Source of the DNA: Dehalococcoidia bacterium | Lineage (GTDB): Bacteria > Chloroflexota > Dehalococcoidia > UBA2979 | Assembly: GCA_965262725.1 (NCBI GenBank) | Contig: OZ253555.1 | Location: forward strand, 896,001-960,000 | Direction: 5' to 3' | Length of the DNA: 64,000 bases | Part shown: piece by piece, positions 1 to 9,743 of the stretch | How the letters are laid out: each line of letters begins with the position of its first letter | Position numbering within the stretch: the first letter of the stretch is position 1 | Translations under genes and position numbers: made by a program | Notes under the pieces: generated by a model | Told to the model about the DNA's origin: nothing | The model's database searches: none | Seen by the model: only the letters and a program-made list of their open reading frames with translations

Positions 1-1338
1 CTCCTCGCCGGTCGCTGGATCCAGGAGCTGCAGCCACCGACCCCGCGGGACGAGCAGGCCGTCCGCCGTCAGCAGCGGATCGCCGCTGATCAGCTCCCCG
101 GGCTCCCGTGTCCAGAGCTCCTCGCCGGTGCGCAAACCACGCGCGCGGATCTCTCCCGATGCGAAGGCGACGAAGAGGCGACCCTCGTCCACGACCGGTG
201 CCCGCGGGTTGGAGAACCGATCGCGTACGCGCTCCGTCCACAGGTTCGAGTCGCGCGGAAGCGCCGGGGCGATGTTCCACAGGAAGCCCTGACCCCATAT
301 CCAGCGCACCGCAGGGAACCCGTCCCACGAGTACGGCGTCGCCGACTGGTCGATGACGACGACCTCGCGCCGGCTCACGCCCACGATCGCATCGTCGGCG
401 ACGGCGAGGTGCCGCATGCGGCTCGTTCGGAATCTGTTCTCGCGGTGCAACGACACCCGCTCGTGGACGAAGATGCGGTTGGCGACGGCGAGCACCAGCT
501 TCTCGTCCTCGATCACCGGTTGAATCGTTAGATCCTGATCGGCGAGGTCGCTACGTGTCCACAGCACCGCCCCGCTCTCGACGTCGAGGCCGCGAAACTC
601 ACGCTGGCCCGCCGTGTAGAGCGTGCCCTCGTAGAGCACCGGCGCCGTGAAGTGGGGGCTTCCGCCGTTGAAGGCCCAGATCTGATCGCCGGTGGCCGGA
701 TCGAGCGCGAGCACGAGGCCGTCTCGCTGCGCGATGTAGAGCACGCCGTCCGCCACGGTTGGCGCGACGTCGAGCTGGCCGGGGACCGGACGTGTCCAGA
801 TCTCGCTCCCGTCCTCCACGGAGAGGGCGATCAATCGTGCATTGGCGAGACCAACGAAGAGTCGCTCGCCGTCGGTAGTGAGAGCGGTGGTGGTCGGGGC
901 GTCGAAGTCGCGGCTCCAGGCGATTTCCCCGTCGAACGGGACCGAGGCGGGCGTCGCGCGTGTCGCGCCCACGTCGCCGTGCTCGGTCGGCCACAATGTT
1001 CCGGCGGCGGGCAGATCGCCCGTGCCGGTCGCGACCGGCACGGGCTGGGGCTCCCAGATGAACTGCCGGTGGACCCACGAGGCCGTGAACGCGACGACGA
1101 GGAGCACGAGCACCGTCCCGACGCGCAGCAGCAGCCGGCGCCGGCCCCGCGCGGCGAGGATCAGGCGTTGCGCCTTGGAGAGGTGCTCGGTCGACCGAGC
1201 GGTCGACTCCGCGACGACGTCGTGCTGCTCGCCGAGGCGCGCGAAGCAGCGGTGGCAAATCCGGACGTCGATGCGCATCCGTGATCGGCACCGGGGGCAG
1301 AGGCGGTAGGCCTCCCCCTGTGCGGGCGATCCGGCCAC
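1..1338 (-). CDS. Membrane-anchored PQQ-like (BamB-type) beta-propeller protein with N-terminal zinc ribbon; runs off the left edge (3' partial)
   Basis: Not in the ORF track because no stop lies in the window. Manual translation from GTG 1338 (GGAG upstream; alternative GTG 1344) gives CPRC..CHRC, a TM helix (VGTVLVLLVVAFTASWV), then repeated ALDPATGDQIW / GLDVESGAVLW / RTGEELW propeller motifs. Confidence 0.8.
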   Translation of the reverse strand, partial: MAGSPAQGEAYRLCPRCRSRMRIDVRICHRCFARLGEQHDVVAESTARSTEHLSKAQRLILAARGRRRLLLRVGTVLVLLVVAFTASWVHRQFIWEPQPVPVATGTGDLPAAGTLWPTEHGDVGATRATPASVPFDGEIAWSRDFDAPTTTALTTDGERLFVGLANARLIALSVEDGSEIWTRPVPGQLDVAPTVADGVLYIAQRDGLVLALDPATGDQIWAFNGGSPHFTAPVLYEGTLYTAGQREFRGLDVESGAVLWTRSDLADQDLTIQPVIEDEKLVLAVANRIFVHERVSLHRENRFRTSRMRHLAVADDAIVGVSRREVVVIDQSATPYSWDGFPAVRWIWGQGFLWNIAPALPRDSNLWTERVRDRFSNPRAPVVDEGRLFVAFASGEIRARGLRTGEELWTREPGELISGDPLLTADGLLVPRGRWLQLLDPATGEE

Positions 1339-1357
1339 GGGCACTCCGATCAGAGAT

Positions 1358-1385
1358 TGCGCACCCCCGCGCGCGGGGGTGCGCA
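1358..1385. terminator. Perfect 28-bp palindrome (hairpin; possible terminator or RNA-processing site)
   Basis: TGCGCACCCCCGCGCGCGGGGGTGCGCA is its own reverse complement; it lies between two minus-strand genes; no U-tract. Confidence 0.5.
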
Positions 1386-1440
1386 GGAACCTTACGTGCG
1401 CGTCAGGTCTGAGTGTACAGCGCAGGCGGGTCCGCAGGAT

Positions 1441-2280
1441 CTAGGGGCGCCTCCGCATTCGCTCCTCGACGCCGGCCATGTGCTCGGCGTCGTGGTAGCG
1501 TGGCTCCCGCCTCTGCCCGAGGGCGCTGAGCGCCTCGCGGTGCTCGGGCGAACGGCGCGCGGCGGCGAAGTGCTCCTCCGACCGCCTGTCGATGGCCTCG
1601 AAGTCACTCGCGAGCAGGTCCTCGAAGATCATCCTCTTGATGGTGGCGAGTGTGCTCGCGGGGTGCGCCGCGATCTCGCCGGCGAGCGCGATGGCCTCCG
1701 TCTCGAGTTCGCCCGGCTCGACGACGCGACGGACGAGACCGAGATCGCGTGCCTCCTCCGCGTTGTAGATGCGTGCGGTCAGCATCATTTCCTTGGCGCG
1801 CTGCAGACCGACGATGCGGGGAAGCAGCCACGACGAGTCGAGTTCGGGCGTCAGCCCGAGCGCGGCGAAGCGCATCGAGAAGCGCGCCGCGGTGGATGCG
1901 ATGTTGACGTCGAACCAGAATGTGCAGGTGAGGCCGGCGCCCAGCGCCAGCCCGTTGATCGCGCCGATCAGGGGTTTGCTCGCCGTGAGCCGCTCGCCGC
2001 TGAAGGCGACGGGCTGATATTCCGCCCAGTCGCGCTTCACCTGCTCGTCTCCCTCAGAGGCGCGTCGGAAGTCGGCGACGTCCGCCCCCGAGCTGAAGGC
2101 CCGGCCGGCCCCGGTCACGACGATGGCGCCGACCGCATCGTCGGCGTTCAGCTCGTCCGTGGCCTCCACCCACTCGCGGAAGAACTGCCCGTTCATCGCG
2201 TTCAGCACGTCGGGTCGTGCGAAGCGCACCACGGCGACGCGGCCGTCGTGCTCCACCTCGATCGTCCCGTAGTCGGCCAT
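1441..2280 (-). CDS. Enoyl-CoA hydratase/isomerase (crotonase) family protein
   Basis: RPDVLNAM, TGAGRAFSSGAD and KPLIGAINGLALGAG motifs. Confidence 0.9.
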   Translation of the reverse strand: MADYGTIEVEHDGRVAVVRFARPDVLNAMNGQFFREWVEATDELNADDAVGAIVVTGAGRAFSSGADVADFRRASEGDEQVKRDWAEYQPVAFSGERLTASKPLIGAINGLALGAGLTCTFWFDVNIASTAARFSMRFAALGLTPELDSSWLLPRIVGLQRAKEMMLTARIYNAEEARDLGLVRRVVEPGELETEAIALAGEIAAHPASTLATIKRMIFEDLLASDFEAIDRRSEEHFAAARRSPEHREALSALGQRREPRYHDAEHMAGVEERMRRRP

Positions 2281-2318
2281 CGTGCCTCCCCCGTCCCTGC
2301 CTGCGCCGATGCGGGCCG

Positions 2319-3008
2319 CTAGCCGGTTCCCCGGGAGCGGCCGTCCTCTGAGAGCCGCAGCACGCGCTCGAGCCAGAGCGAGAGATCGCGGGCGCTCTCG
2401 TTGTTGATCTGGTGCCCCATCAGGTACTCGTGGAACTCTGGCTCCACGCCGAGGGCGCGCAGGCTCTCACAGGCGTCGCGCGCCTTCTCGATCGAAATGA
2501 GCTCGTCGTGGCTCCCGTGCTGCACCAGCACGGGGAGGCGTGGCACGTCGGCGTGCGGCGTGATCGCGTCGAGCACGTCCGGCGCGAGCCACGTCGAGAG
2601 CGTGGCGAGGCCGGCGAAGCGCCCGGGATCGGCGAGCGCCAGCGCGTAGGCGAGCGATCCGCCCTGCGAGAAGCCGAGAAGCGCGACGCGCTCCGTGTCG
2701 ATGGGGTAGCGCTCCTCCGCCTCGTCGAGGAAACGGACCAGCAGTTCGCTGACCCGCTCGAGCTCGCCGGGCGCGCGTTGCTGGTCGGAGCCGCGCTGAA
2801 ACCAGGTGTACCCCGGATACCCAGGCTCGACCGCGAACTCGGCCTGCGGGCAGATCATCAGCACCCGACCGTGAGCGAGGATCGGGCCGAGGCCGAGAAG
2901 GTCCTGCGCGTGGGCGCCGTGCCCGTGGAGGGCGATCAGCGTGGGTAGCGAGCGATCCGTCGCCGGGTCGGGGACGGCGGGGTGTGCGATCGCGTGGAGC
3001 AGGGTCAT
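2319..3008 (-). CDS. Phospholipase/carboxylesterase (alpha/beta hydrolase)
   Basis: LHGHG, GFSQGG nucleophile, QHGSHDE and MGHQI; start taken as ATG 3008. Confidence 0.9.
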   Translation of the reverse strand: MTLLHAIAHPAVPDPATDRSLPTLIALHGHGAHAQDLLGLGPILAHGRVLMICPQAEFAVEPGYPGYTWFQRGSDQQRAPGELERVSELLVRFLDEAEERYPIDTERVALLGFSQGGSLAYALALADPGRFAGLATLSTWLAPDVLDAITPHADVPRLPVLVQHGSHDELISIEKARDACESLRALGVEPEFHEYLMGHQINNESARDLSLWLERVLRLSEDGRSRGTG

Positions 3009-3121
3009 CCGGGCGAGTATACCGACGCCTTCGCTCCGGGGCGGCTGGTGCGGCACACGGGAAGCTGCGCGGGGCTCGCGCCGGAGCGCCCGGGACCGCC
3101 CTCCCGTGGTGGCGCCCGGAC

Positions 3122-5149
3122 TTAGTGCGCGCCGCCCACCCGCTCGAAGCGAGCACGCACCTCGTCGACGGCGCCGCGCGCCACGATCACGGTGACGCGA
3201 TCGCCGTGGAAGAGCCGCGTGTGCCCGCGCGGGATGTGCGTGGCGCCCTGGTGCCGCACCGCGACGATCACGGCATCGGGGGTCAGGTCGAGTTCGGTGA
3301 GCAGGCGGCCGTCGGCGCGACTCCCGCGCCCGACCTCCAGCTCCAGGTAGCGCACGTCGTCGCCGGCGACCGGCGCGAGACGGCGCCGGCGCTCCGCCGT
3401 CTCGCGCGTTCCGACGACCTGCGCGTACGCCTGCGTGATGTCGGAGCGGCGGAGCACGCCGACGGGCACCATGGCCTCGTCGCCCCGCTCGACGACCGGC
3501 AAGGCCGAGATCGCGTGTCCGGCGAATATGCGCAGCGCGTCGTCGAGCGTCGCGTTCGCGAAGACCGTTCGAACGTTGCGGGTGGCCATCTCCCCCGCCG
3601 TCGCGTCTGGTCGACCGTCGGCGAGCGCGCGGTTGAGGTCGGTGTTGGTAATGATGCCGGCAACCAGGCCGCGCTCGTCGAGCATCAGCGTCACGGACTC
3701 CGGATCGGCGTGGCCCTGCCGGATGATCTCGTCCGCCGGCATGTCGGCCGGGACGCAGAGCCGGACGGGCGACATCGCGTCGGCGACTCGGATCGTCTGC
3801 ATCAGGGAGACCGGCGCCTGCTCCTCCTCGACGTGCACCCCGGAGCGCTCGAGCTTGAAGGTGTAGATCGACCAGGGCACCAGCCGCTGCGAGATCACCG
3901 TCGCGGCGACCACCGCCGTCATCGAGGGCAGGATCAGGTGGTAGTCGCGCGTCAGCTCGAAGAGGATCAGGACCGATGTGATCGGCGCGCGCGCCATCCC
4001 GGCGAAGAGCGCGCCCATGCCGACGATCGCGTACTCCTCGGGCGTGTGGACGAGAGCCGGGAAGAGTCGCTGCATCGCGTCGCCGAACGCGCCGCCAAGG
4101 GCCGCGCCCATCACGAGCGCGGGTCCGAAGGCACCGCCTGATCCGCCCGAGCCAATCGTGACCGACGTGGCGACGAGTTTGAGCCCGACCACCAGCAGTA
4201 GCGCGCCGGCCGCCGTCTCGCCGAGCAGCGCCGCCTCGAGCGCGTCGTTGCTGAGCCCCAGCACGCGCGTGTCCCAGAGCGCCATCGCGCCGACGATCAG
4301 ACCGCCGAGCGCGGGGAGGAGGAGCGAGGGAAGGGGCAGCCGCGCGAATCGCTCCTCGGTCCAGTAGAGGCCGTACATGAAGGCGACGCCGACGAGCCCG
4401 GCGACTACGCCGAGGACGGCGTGGAGCGGCACTTCCCTCGGGTCAATGCTCGTGAGGGTCAGGATGTCGACGTAGGGGGCGTCGCCCCGGAGCGCGACCG
4501 AGGTGGCTGTGCCGATCACCGACGCGAGCACCACGACCGAGAAGTTGCGCGTGTTAAAGCTCCGCAGGATCACTTCCAGTGCGAAGAAGACGCCGGCGAT
4601 TGGCGTGTTGAAGGTGGCGGCGACGCCGGCAGCCGCCCCCGCGGCGAGCAGGAGGGTGACGGTGTCCGGGGAGAGACGGAGCGCTTGCCCCACGGCCGAA
4701 CCCACGGAGGCGCCGATCTGCGCGATCGGCCCCTCCCTCCCGGCCGAGCCGCCCGAGCCGACGGTGAGCGCGGTGGCAAGTGACTTGGTGATGGCGGTGC
4801 GCGGGTGGATCCGCCCGGCCCGCGTCTCCACGGCGAGGAGGATCTCGGCGACGCCCGGGCCCCGGGTCTCGCGCGCGAGACGAAACGCGAGCGGCCCCAC
4901 GAGAAGCCCGCCGAGCGCCGGGAGCAGTAGCAGGGTCCACCTCGAGGCGCCGAGCAGATCGGTCCACAGCAGGTCGAAGAAGAGCGCGTCGACTGCCTGG
5001 AGGAGGGCGGTGAAGCCGACGGCACCGAGCCCGGCGGCGAGGCCGACGATCGCTGCGAGGAGAAGCGGGGCCGCTTGCGACGAGCCGTCGATCTGGGCGG
5101 AGAGGCGCGAGCGCAGCCTCGCGCCCATCGGCGTTGGCGCGTCACTCAC
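3122..5149 (-). CDS. ClC family chloride channel / H+-anion antiporter with CBS pair and TrkA-C (RCK_C) domain
   Basis: GSAGREGP (gating Glu), ATFNTPIAGVFFALE, GGAFGP and FELTRDY motifs; CBS domains; C-terminal IPRGHTRLFHGDRV. Confidence 0.92.
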   Translation of the reverse strand: MSDAPTPMGARLRSRLSAQIDGSSQAAPLLLAAIVGLAAGLGAVGFTALLQAVDALFFDLLWTDLLGASRWTLLLLPALGGLLVGPLAFRLARETRGPGVAEILLAVETRAGRIHPRTAITKSLATALTVGSGGSAGREGPIAQIGASVGSAVGQALRLSPDTVTLLLAAGAAAGVAATFNTPIAGVFFALEVILRSFNTRNFSVVVLASVIGTATSVALRGDAPYVDILTLTSIDPREVPLHAVLGVVAGLVGVAFMYGLYWTEERFARLPLPSLLLPALGGLIVGAMALWDTRVLGLSNDALEAALLGETAAGALLLVVGLKLVATSVTIGSGGSGGAFGPALVMGAALGGAFGDAMQRLFPALVHTPEEYAIVGMGALFAGMARAPITSVLILFELTRDYHLILPSMTAVVAATVISQRLVPWSIYTFKLERSGVHVEEEQAPVSLMQTIRVADAMSPVRLCVPADMPADEIIRQGHADPESVTLMLDERGLVAGIITNTDLNRALADGRPDATAGEMATRNVRTVFANATLDDALRIFAGHAISALPVVERGDEAMVPVGVLRRSDITQAYAQVVGTRETAERRRRLAPVAGDDVRYLELEVGRGSRADGRLLTELDLTPDAVIVAVRHQGATHIPRGHTRLFHGDRVTVIVARGAVDEVRARFERVGGAH

Positions 5150-5304
5150 GGCGCACGACCGCCCGGTCCTCGTCTCGGGTGAGGGGAGGACTGCATGGCT
5201 TCGACCGTACGTCAGCCTCGCGTGCCGCGACAGGGGGACTCCGTGCGCGGTTGCCGTGCTGGTACAGTCCGCGTGAAGCCGCAGCGTGGTGTCGGGGGTG
5301 CCCG

Positions 5305-5793
5305 ATGTCGGCCGATGTCCACTCGCTCGCGACGCCGGAGCTCGAGGTGCGCCGGGGCGTCTGGCTGCGCGAGCGCTTCTCGGAGCCGATCAGCGGCTCC
5401 GCCGTCCGGCGCTGGGCGATCGCCTGCTACTGGCCCGAGCCGCCGCCTCGCCTCTACTGGGACGCCAAGTACGCGGCCGGTACCAGGCACGGTGGCATCG
5501 TCGCGCCGCTTGAGTTCAACGCCTTCACCTGGCCGGTCGAACGCGACGCCGCCGACTCCGGACTGGAGACGGATGCGCTTCCGGGGTTGCGCTCCATGGC
5601 GGGGGGCACGCGCGATCTCTACGGCGTGCCGATGCGCTCCGGTGACGTGATCCGCGAGCGCGCCCGCATCGCCGACTGGGAGCAACGGGAGACCAGACTC
5701 GGGCCGACACTCTTCATCCATTCGGAGACGGAGTGGACGAATCAGCGCGGGGAGCTCGTCCGCACCCGCTTTAGCACGAGCATCCGCTACTAG
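5305..5793 (+). CDS. MaoC-like dehydratase, N-terminal/HadA-type hotdog subunit
   Basis: VRRWAIA..P.LYWD..YA..TRHGGIVAP; NQRGELV. Confidence 0.8.
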   Translation: MSADVHSLATPELEVRRGVWLRERFSEPISGSAVRRWAIACYWPEPPPRLYWDAKYAAGTRHGGIVAPLEFNAFTWPVERDAADSGLETDALPGLRSMAGGTRDLYGVPMRSGDVIRERARIADWEQRETRLGPTLFIHSETEWTNQRGELVRTRFSTSIRY

Positions 5794-5830
5794 GGAGAGC
5801 CGCCGTGGAGAAGTCGATGGGCAGGAGGGC

Positions 5831-6286
5831 GTGACCGCCCCGCTCTACTTCGAGGACGTCGTCGTGGGCGACGAGCTCCCGGTGTGGTCGTGCGTGACGG
5901 GCCTTCTGAACTGGAACCGCTTCGCCGCCGTCAACGACGAGTTCTACGAGGTCCACATGGACGACGACGCCGCGCGCGCGGCGGAGAACCCCCAGGGGGC
6001 GTTCGGAATGGGGATGCTGCGCTTCTCCTACCTCCACAACCTGCTGCGCTCCTGGGCGGGCGAGGACGTCGACGTCCGCGAGCTCGGGTGCCGCTACCGT
6101 GCCGTCAACCAGAAGGGGGACGTCCTGCGCGTGACCGGACGCGTCATCGGCACGCGCATCGAGGACGGCGCCCATCTCGTCGATCTCGCGCTCGACGTGC
6201 TCAACCAGGACGGTGAGTCGACGACGCCCGCCCACGCGGTGGTCGCCCTTCCTTCCCGCCTCCGGGGAGTGGGTCTCCAGGCGTAG
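5831..6286 (+). CDS. MaoC family dehydratase (HadB-type hotdog subunit)
   Basis: YFEDVVVGDELP and FAAVNDEFYEVHMDDDAA; RBS AGGAGG upstream of GTG. Confidence 0.85.
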   Translation: MTAPLYFEDVVVGDELPVWSCVTGLLNWNRFAAVNDEFYEVHMDDDAARAAENPQGAFGMGMLRFSYLHNLLRSWAGEDVDVRELGCRYRAVNQKGDVLRVTGRVIGTRIEDGAHLVDLALDVLNQDGESTTPAHAVVALPSRLRGVGLQA

Positions 6287-6362
6287 CCGGGGCCGGCGAG
6301 GTCCTTATCGAGCGATCGCGACCCGTGTGGCGTCGGGCGGTCGGGGCCGGCGGCGTTGGCTT

Positions 6363-8246
6363 CTACGCGACGGTCTCGGCCTCGGCGGCGAAGAAGACGT
6401 TCCGGATCTGCTGGGCGATGCCCTCGGCATCGAGCTTGAGCCGGTGCCGCTGGTCGGCCGCGGTCCCGTGCTCGATAAACGAGTCGGGCATTCCGACGCG
6501 GTGCACCGAGACGTCGGAGAGCCCGGCGTCGGCGAAGGTCTCTAGGATGGCGGAGCCGAAGCCGCCGGCGAGCACGTTCTCCTCGACGGTGAGGACGCGC
6601 CGCACGCGCCGCGCCTCTCCCAGAAGCAGATCGATGTCGAGCGGCTTCACGAAGACCGCGTTAACGACGCCGCAGGAGATCCCCTCGTCGGCGAGGAGCC
6701 TCGCGGCCTCGATGGCTGCCTGAACCGGTTTGCCCAGGGCGAATATCACGACGTCTGAGCCCTTGCTGAGCACGTGGCCCCGCCCTATGGGCAACTCGCT
6801 GAGATCCTCGTCGAGGACGGCGCCTGCCGCTGCCCCCCGTGGAATGCGGATGGCGAAGGGGCCATCGTGCCGGTAGGCGGTGTAGACGAGGTGCTGGAGC
6901 TCGTTCTCGTCCATTGGCGCGGCGATCACGGTGTTGGGGAGGCACCGCAGAAACGAGATGTCGAAGGCGCCCTGATGCGTCTTGCCGTCCTCGCCGACGA
7001 TGCCGGCCCGGTCGGCGATCAGCGTGACGGGGAGATTCTGGATGCAGATGTCGTGGGCGACCTGATCGAACGCCCGCTGCAGGAACGTCGAGTAGATCGA
7101 GACGAAGGGTGTCAGCCCGCCGGTCGCCATCCCCGCCGCCATGCTGACGGCGTGCTGCTCGGCGATGCCGACGTCGAAGATCCGCGAGGGGAACTCCTCG
7201 CGGATCTCGGCGAGGCCGGTGCCCTCGAGCATGGCCGCGCTGATGCCGACGACGGATGAGTCGTCGCGCATGATCCGGGTGAGCGTCTGGGCGAACACCT
7301 TCGAGTAGGTGGGCGCGCCCGCCCCGGCCCCCAGTGGCGAACTCGGCTGGTGGAACTGGACGGGGTTGCTCTCGGCCGGCTCGTAGCCGTGCCCCTTGTG
7401 GGTCACGACGTGGATCACCGGCACAGACCCCGTCGGGTTCCTGGCCTGCCGGAGGGTGACCTCGAGCTGCTTGAGGTCGTGCCCGTCGACCGGTCCGAGG
7501 TACTCGAAGCCCATCTCGTTCCAGAACATGGTGGGAATGACGAGGCTGGCGAGGCCGGTATTGAACCTCTTCACGAGCCGGTAGAGGAGTTCTCCGGTCG
7601 GCATCTTCTGGGAGAGCGACCTCATCCGGTCCACCATCGCGTTGAACTCCGGATGGGTGATCACTCGCTTCCGCCAGTTCGTGAGGAATCCGATGTTCTC
7701 CGAGATGGACATTCCGTTGTCGTTGAGCACGACGATGAACCGTTCGGGGTTGAGATGCGCGATGTTGTTGAGCGCCTCGAAGCTCGAGCCCGAGGTCATG
7801 GCACCGTCACCGACGATCGCGATAGTCCACGAGTCGGGATCGCGGGTCGCCGCGCCGGTGGCGATGCCGAGGGCGATGGAGAGGCCGGTCCCAGCGTGAC
7901 CCGCGCACAGCGTGTCGTGGGGACTCTCGCCCGGTTCGCCGAATCCCGACAGTCCGCCCTCCAGGCGGATGCTCTCGAACTCGTCACGCCGCCCCGTGAT
8001 GAGCTTGTGCGTATAGAGCTGATTGGTCGTGTCCCAGACGAGGCTGTCCGTCGGGCTGTCGAACACGCGGTGCAGCGCCATCGTCAGTTCGACGACGCCG
8101 AGATTCGAGGCGAGGTGTCCGCCGCGCTCGACGATGACGGAGATAATGACGTCGCGCACCTCCTGCGCGAGCTGCTCCAGATCATCGTGGCTGAGCGCCT
8201 TCAGGTCGCTGGGGGAATCGATGCGGTCGAGGAGCCGGTCCGACAT
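6363..8246 (-). CDS. dxs: 1-deoxy-D-xylulose-5-phosphate synthase
   Basis: GGHLASNLGVVELT, GDGAMTSG..FEALN (ThDP motif), LNDNGMSI, FDVGIAEQHAV, YSTFLQRAFDQ and GEDGKTHQG. Confidence 0.97.
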   Translation of the reverse strand: MSDRLLDRIDSPSDLKALSHDDLEQLAQEVRDVIISVIVERGGHLASNLGVVELTMALHRVFDSPTDSLVWDTTNQLYTHKLITGRRDEFESIRLEGGLSGFGEPGESPHDTLCAGHAGTGLSIALGIATGAATRDPDSWTIAIVGDGAMTSGSSFEALNNIAHLNPERFIVVLNDNGMSISENIGFLTNWRKRVITHPEFNAMVDRMRSLSQKMPTGELLYRLVKRFNTGLASLVIPTMFWNEMGFEYLGPVDGHDLKQLEVTLRQARNPTGSVPVIHVVTHKGHGYEPAESNPVQFHQPSSPLGAGAGAPTYSKVFAQTLTRIMRDDSSVVGISAAMLEGTGLAEIREEFPSRIFDVGIAEQHAVSMAAGMATGGLTPFVSIYSTFLQRAFDQVAHDICIQNLPVTLIADRAGIVGEDGKTHQGAFDISFLRCLPNTVIAAPMDENELQHLVYTAYRHDGPFAIRIPRGAAAGAVLDEDLSELPIGRGHVLSKGSDVVIFALGKPVQAAIEAARLLADEGISCGVVNAVFVKPLDIDLLLGEARRVRRVLTVEENVLAGGFGSAILETFADAGLSDVSVHRVGMPDSFIEHGTAADQRHRLKLDAEGIAQQIRNVFFAAEAETVA

Positions 8247-8412
8247 CGGGAACTTCCTCGCTCGTGTCACGTCACGCCGCTCGCCAATTGGCCCTGGCGT
8301 GCCGGAGCGGCACTCCGGGGAGAGTATGTTCGGTGCATTTTTCTGACAAGCAATGACGTGCGGGAGATTCAGGTCCGACACCGGACACGGCGCCTCGTGC
8401 GCGCGTGGGAGT

Positions 8413-9621
8413 TCAGCCCCGGTTCCGGCCGGGGTCGCCGGGCTCGTCGAGGGCTGCGCCCGCGAGGAGTTCCAGTGCTCGCGCCTCGATCGGCGGGTTC
8501 ACGAGCCCCCCGCGCACGTCGCGGTAGTGGCGCTCCAGCGGGTGGCCGCGCAGGAGCGCCACGCCGCCCACGATGCGCATCGCACCGTCGACCACCTCGA
8601 CCGCCCCGTTCGTGGCGAATCGCTTCGCAGCCGCGACCTGTGGCGCCAGCGCGCGACGCTCCTGGGGTCGCGCGTCCCACTCCTCGGCCGTGGAGAGCAG
8701 GAAGGTGCGGGCCGCCAGCAGCGTCGCGTCCATCCGCCCCACCTGCTCCCGAACGTGCGGTATCTGCGCTATCGGCGCTTGGTAGCCCGTCGGCTGACGC
8801 TCGCGCGCGAAGCGCACCGCCTCGTCGCGCGCCGCGACCGCCACCCCGAGGTAGGCGGCGGCGACGGTGAGGGGGAACCACCCTCCCTGCATCATCGCGG
8901 GATCGGCGTCGCCCGCCGGGCGACGCGTCAGCAGGTCGGCGTCGGTCAGCGGGACGCGGTCGAAGTGCACGTCGTGCGACGCGGTGGCGCGCATCCCCAG
9001 GGCGTCCCACGTCTCCTCGATGCGAACGCCGGGAAGGTCGCTGCGGACGGCGACGCGGCCGCTGTCGCCCGATCCGTCTTCGATCGCCACGTACGTGATG
9101 AGGTAGGTGAGCGCCGGCGCGAGCGTTGAGAAGGTCTTGTGGCCGCTGAGCCGCCAGCGCCCCGGACCGTCCGGCACGATCACCGTGCGCGGTCGTCCGC
9201 CGCCCCGGGGAGAGCCGAGCTCCGGTTCGGCGGCGATGTTGTTGACGAGCGCACCCTCCGCTGCGACCTGCCCCAGGATGCGGCGGCGCGCCTCCTCCGG
9301 CCACGAGCGGGCGGTGGCCTCGGTGCCGCAGGTCATGAGGTGCATGCCGACGGCGAGCGCCGTGGATCCGTCGCCGCGCGCGAGCACTATCTGCGCGGCG
9401 GTCACGTCGGCGAGCCCGTGCCCCCCACCGCCGTACTCGGCGGGGACGGCTGCGGCGAGGTAGCCGGCCTCCCGCAGTTCCCGGAGGTTCTCCCAGGGGA
9501 GCGTGGCGTCGCGGTCGTGCTGAGCGGCGCGGGCCGAGAACCGCGGCGCCAGTTCCTGCGCGACGGCGAGCAGCTGCGCCTGTGCCTCGGAGGCCGGATG
9601 GAGCGGGAGCGCGGGGTCCAT
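8413..9621 (-). CDS. Acyl-CoA dehydrogenase-fold flavoprotein (YdbM/DszC-like, possibly a monooxygenase)
   Basis: LARGDGSTALAVGMH, EPELGSPRGGG, LSGHKTFST, WDALGMRATASHD and LERHYRDVRGG. Confidence 0.85.
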   Translation of the reverse strand: MDPALPLHPASEAQAQLLAVAQELAPRFSARAAQHDRDATLPWENLRELREAGYLAAAVPAEYGGGGHGLADVTAAQIVLARGDGSTALAVGMHLMTCGTEATARSWPEEARRRILGQVAAEGALVNNIAAEPELGSPRGGGRPRTVIVPDGPGRWRLSGHKTFSTLAPALTYLITYVAIEDGSGDSGRVAVRSDLPGVRIEETWDALGMRATASHDVHFDRVPLTDADLLTRRPAGDADPAMMQGGWFPLTVAAAYLGVAVAARDEAVRFARERQPTGYQAPIAQIPHVREQVGRMDATLLAARTFLLSTAEEWDARPQERRALAPQVAAAKRFATNGAVEVVDGAMRIVGGVALLRGHPLERHYRDVRGGLVNPPIEARALELLAGAALDEPGDPGRNRG

Positions 9622-9743
9622 CGCGGCCGAGCGTATCACCGGCCCACCGAAGCGGCCCCCGCCCCGGGGCCGGGAGGGATCTTTCGGGTCCCGGGCCCCG
9701 GACCACTCCCGCCGCCCGACCTGCTAACGTCGCGCGCTACATT

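Noticed and set aside
100-180. Apparent frameshift near the left edge of the propeller gene
   Set aside because: Re-reading shows a continuous frame (EIRARGLRTGEELW).
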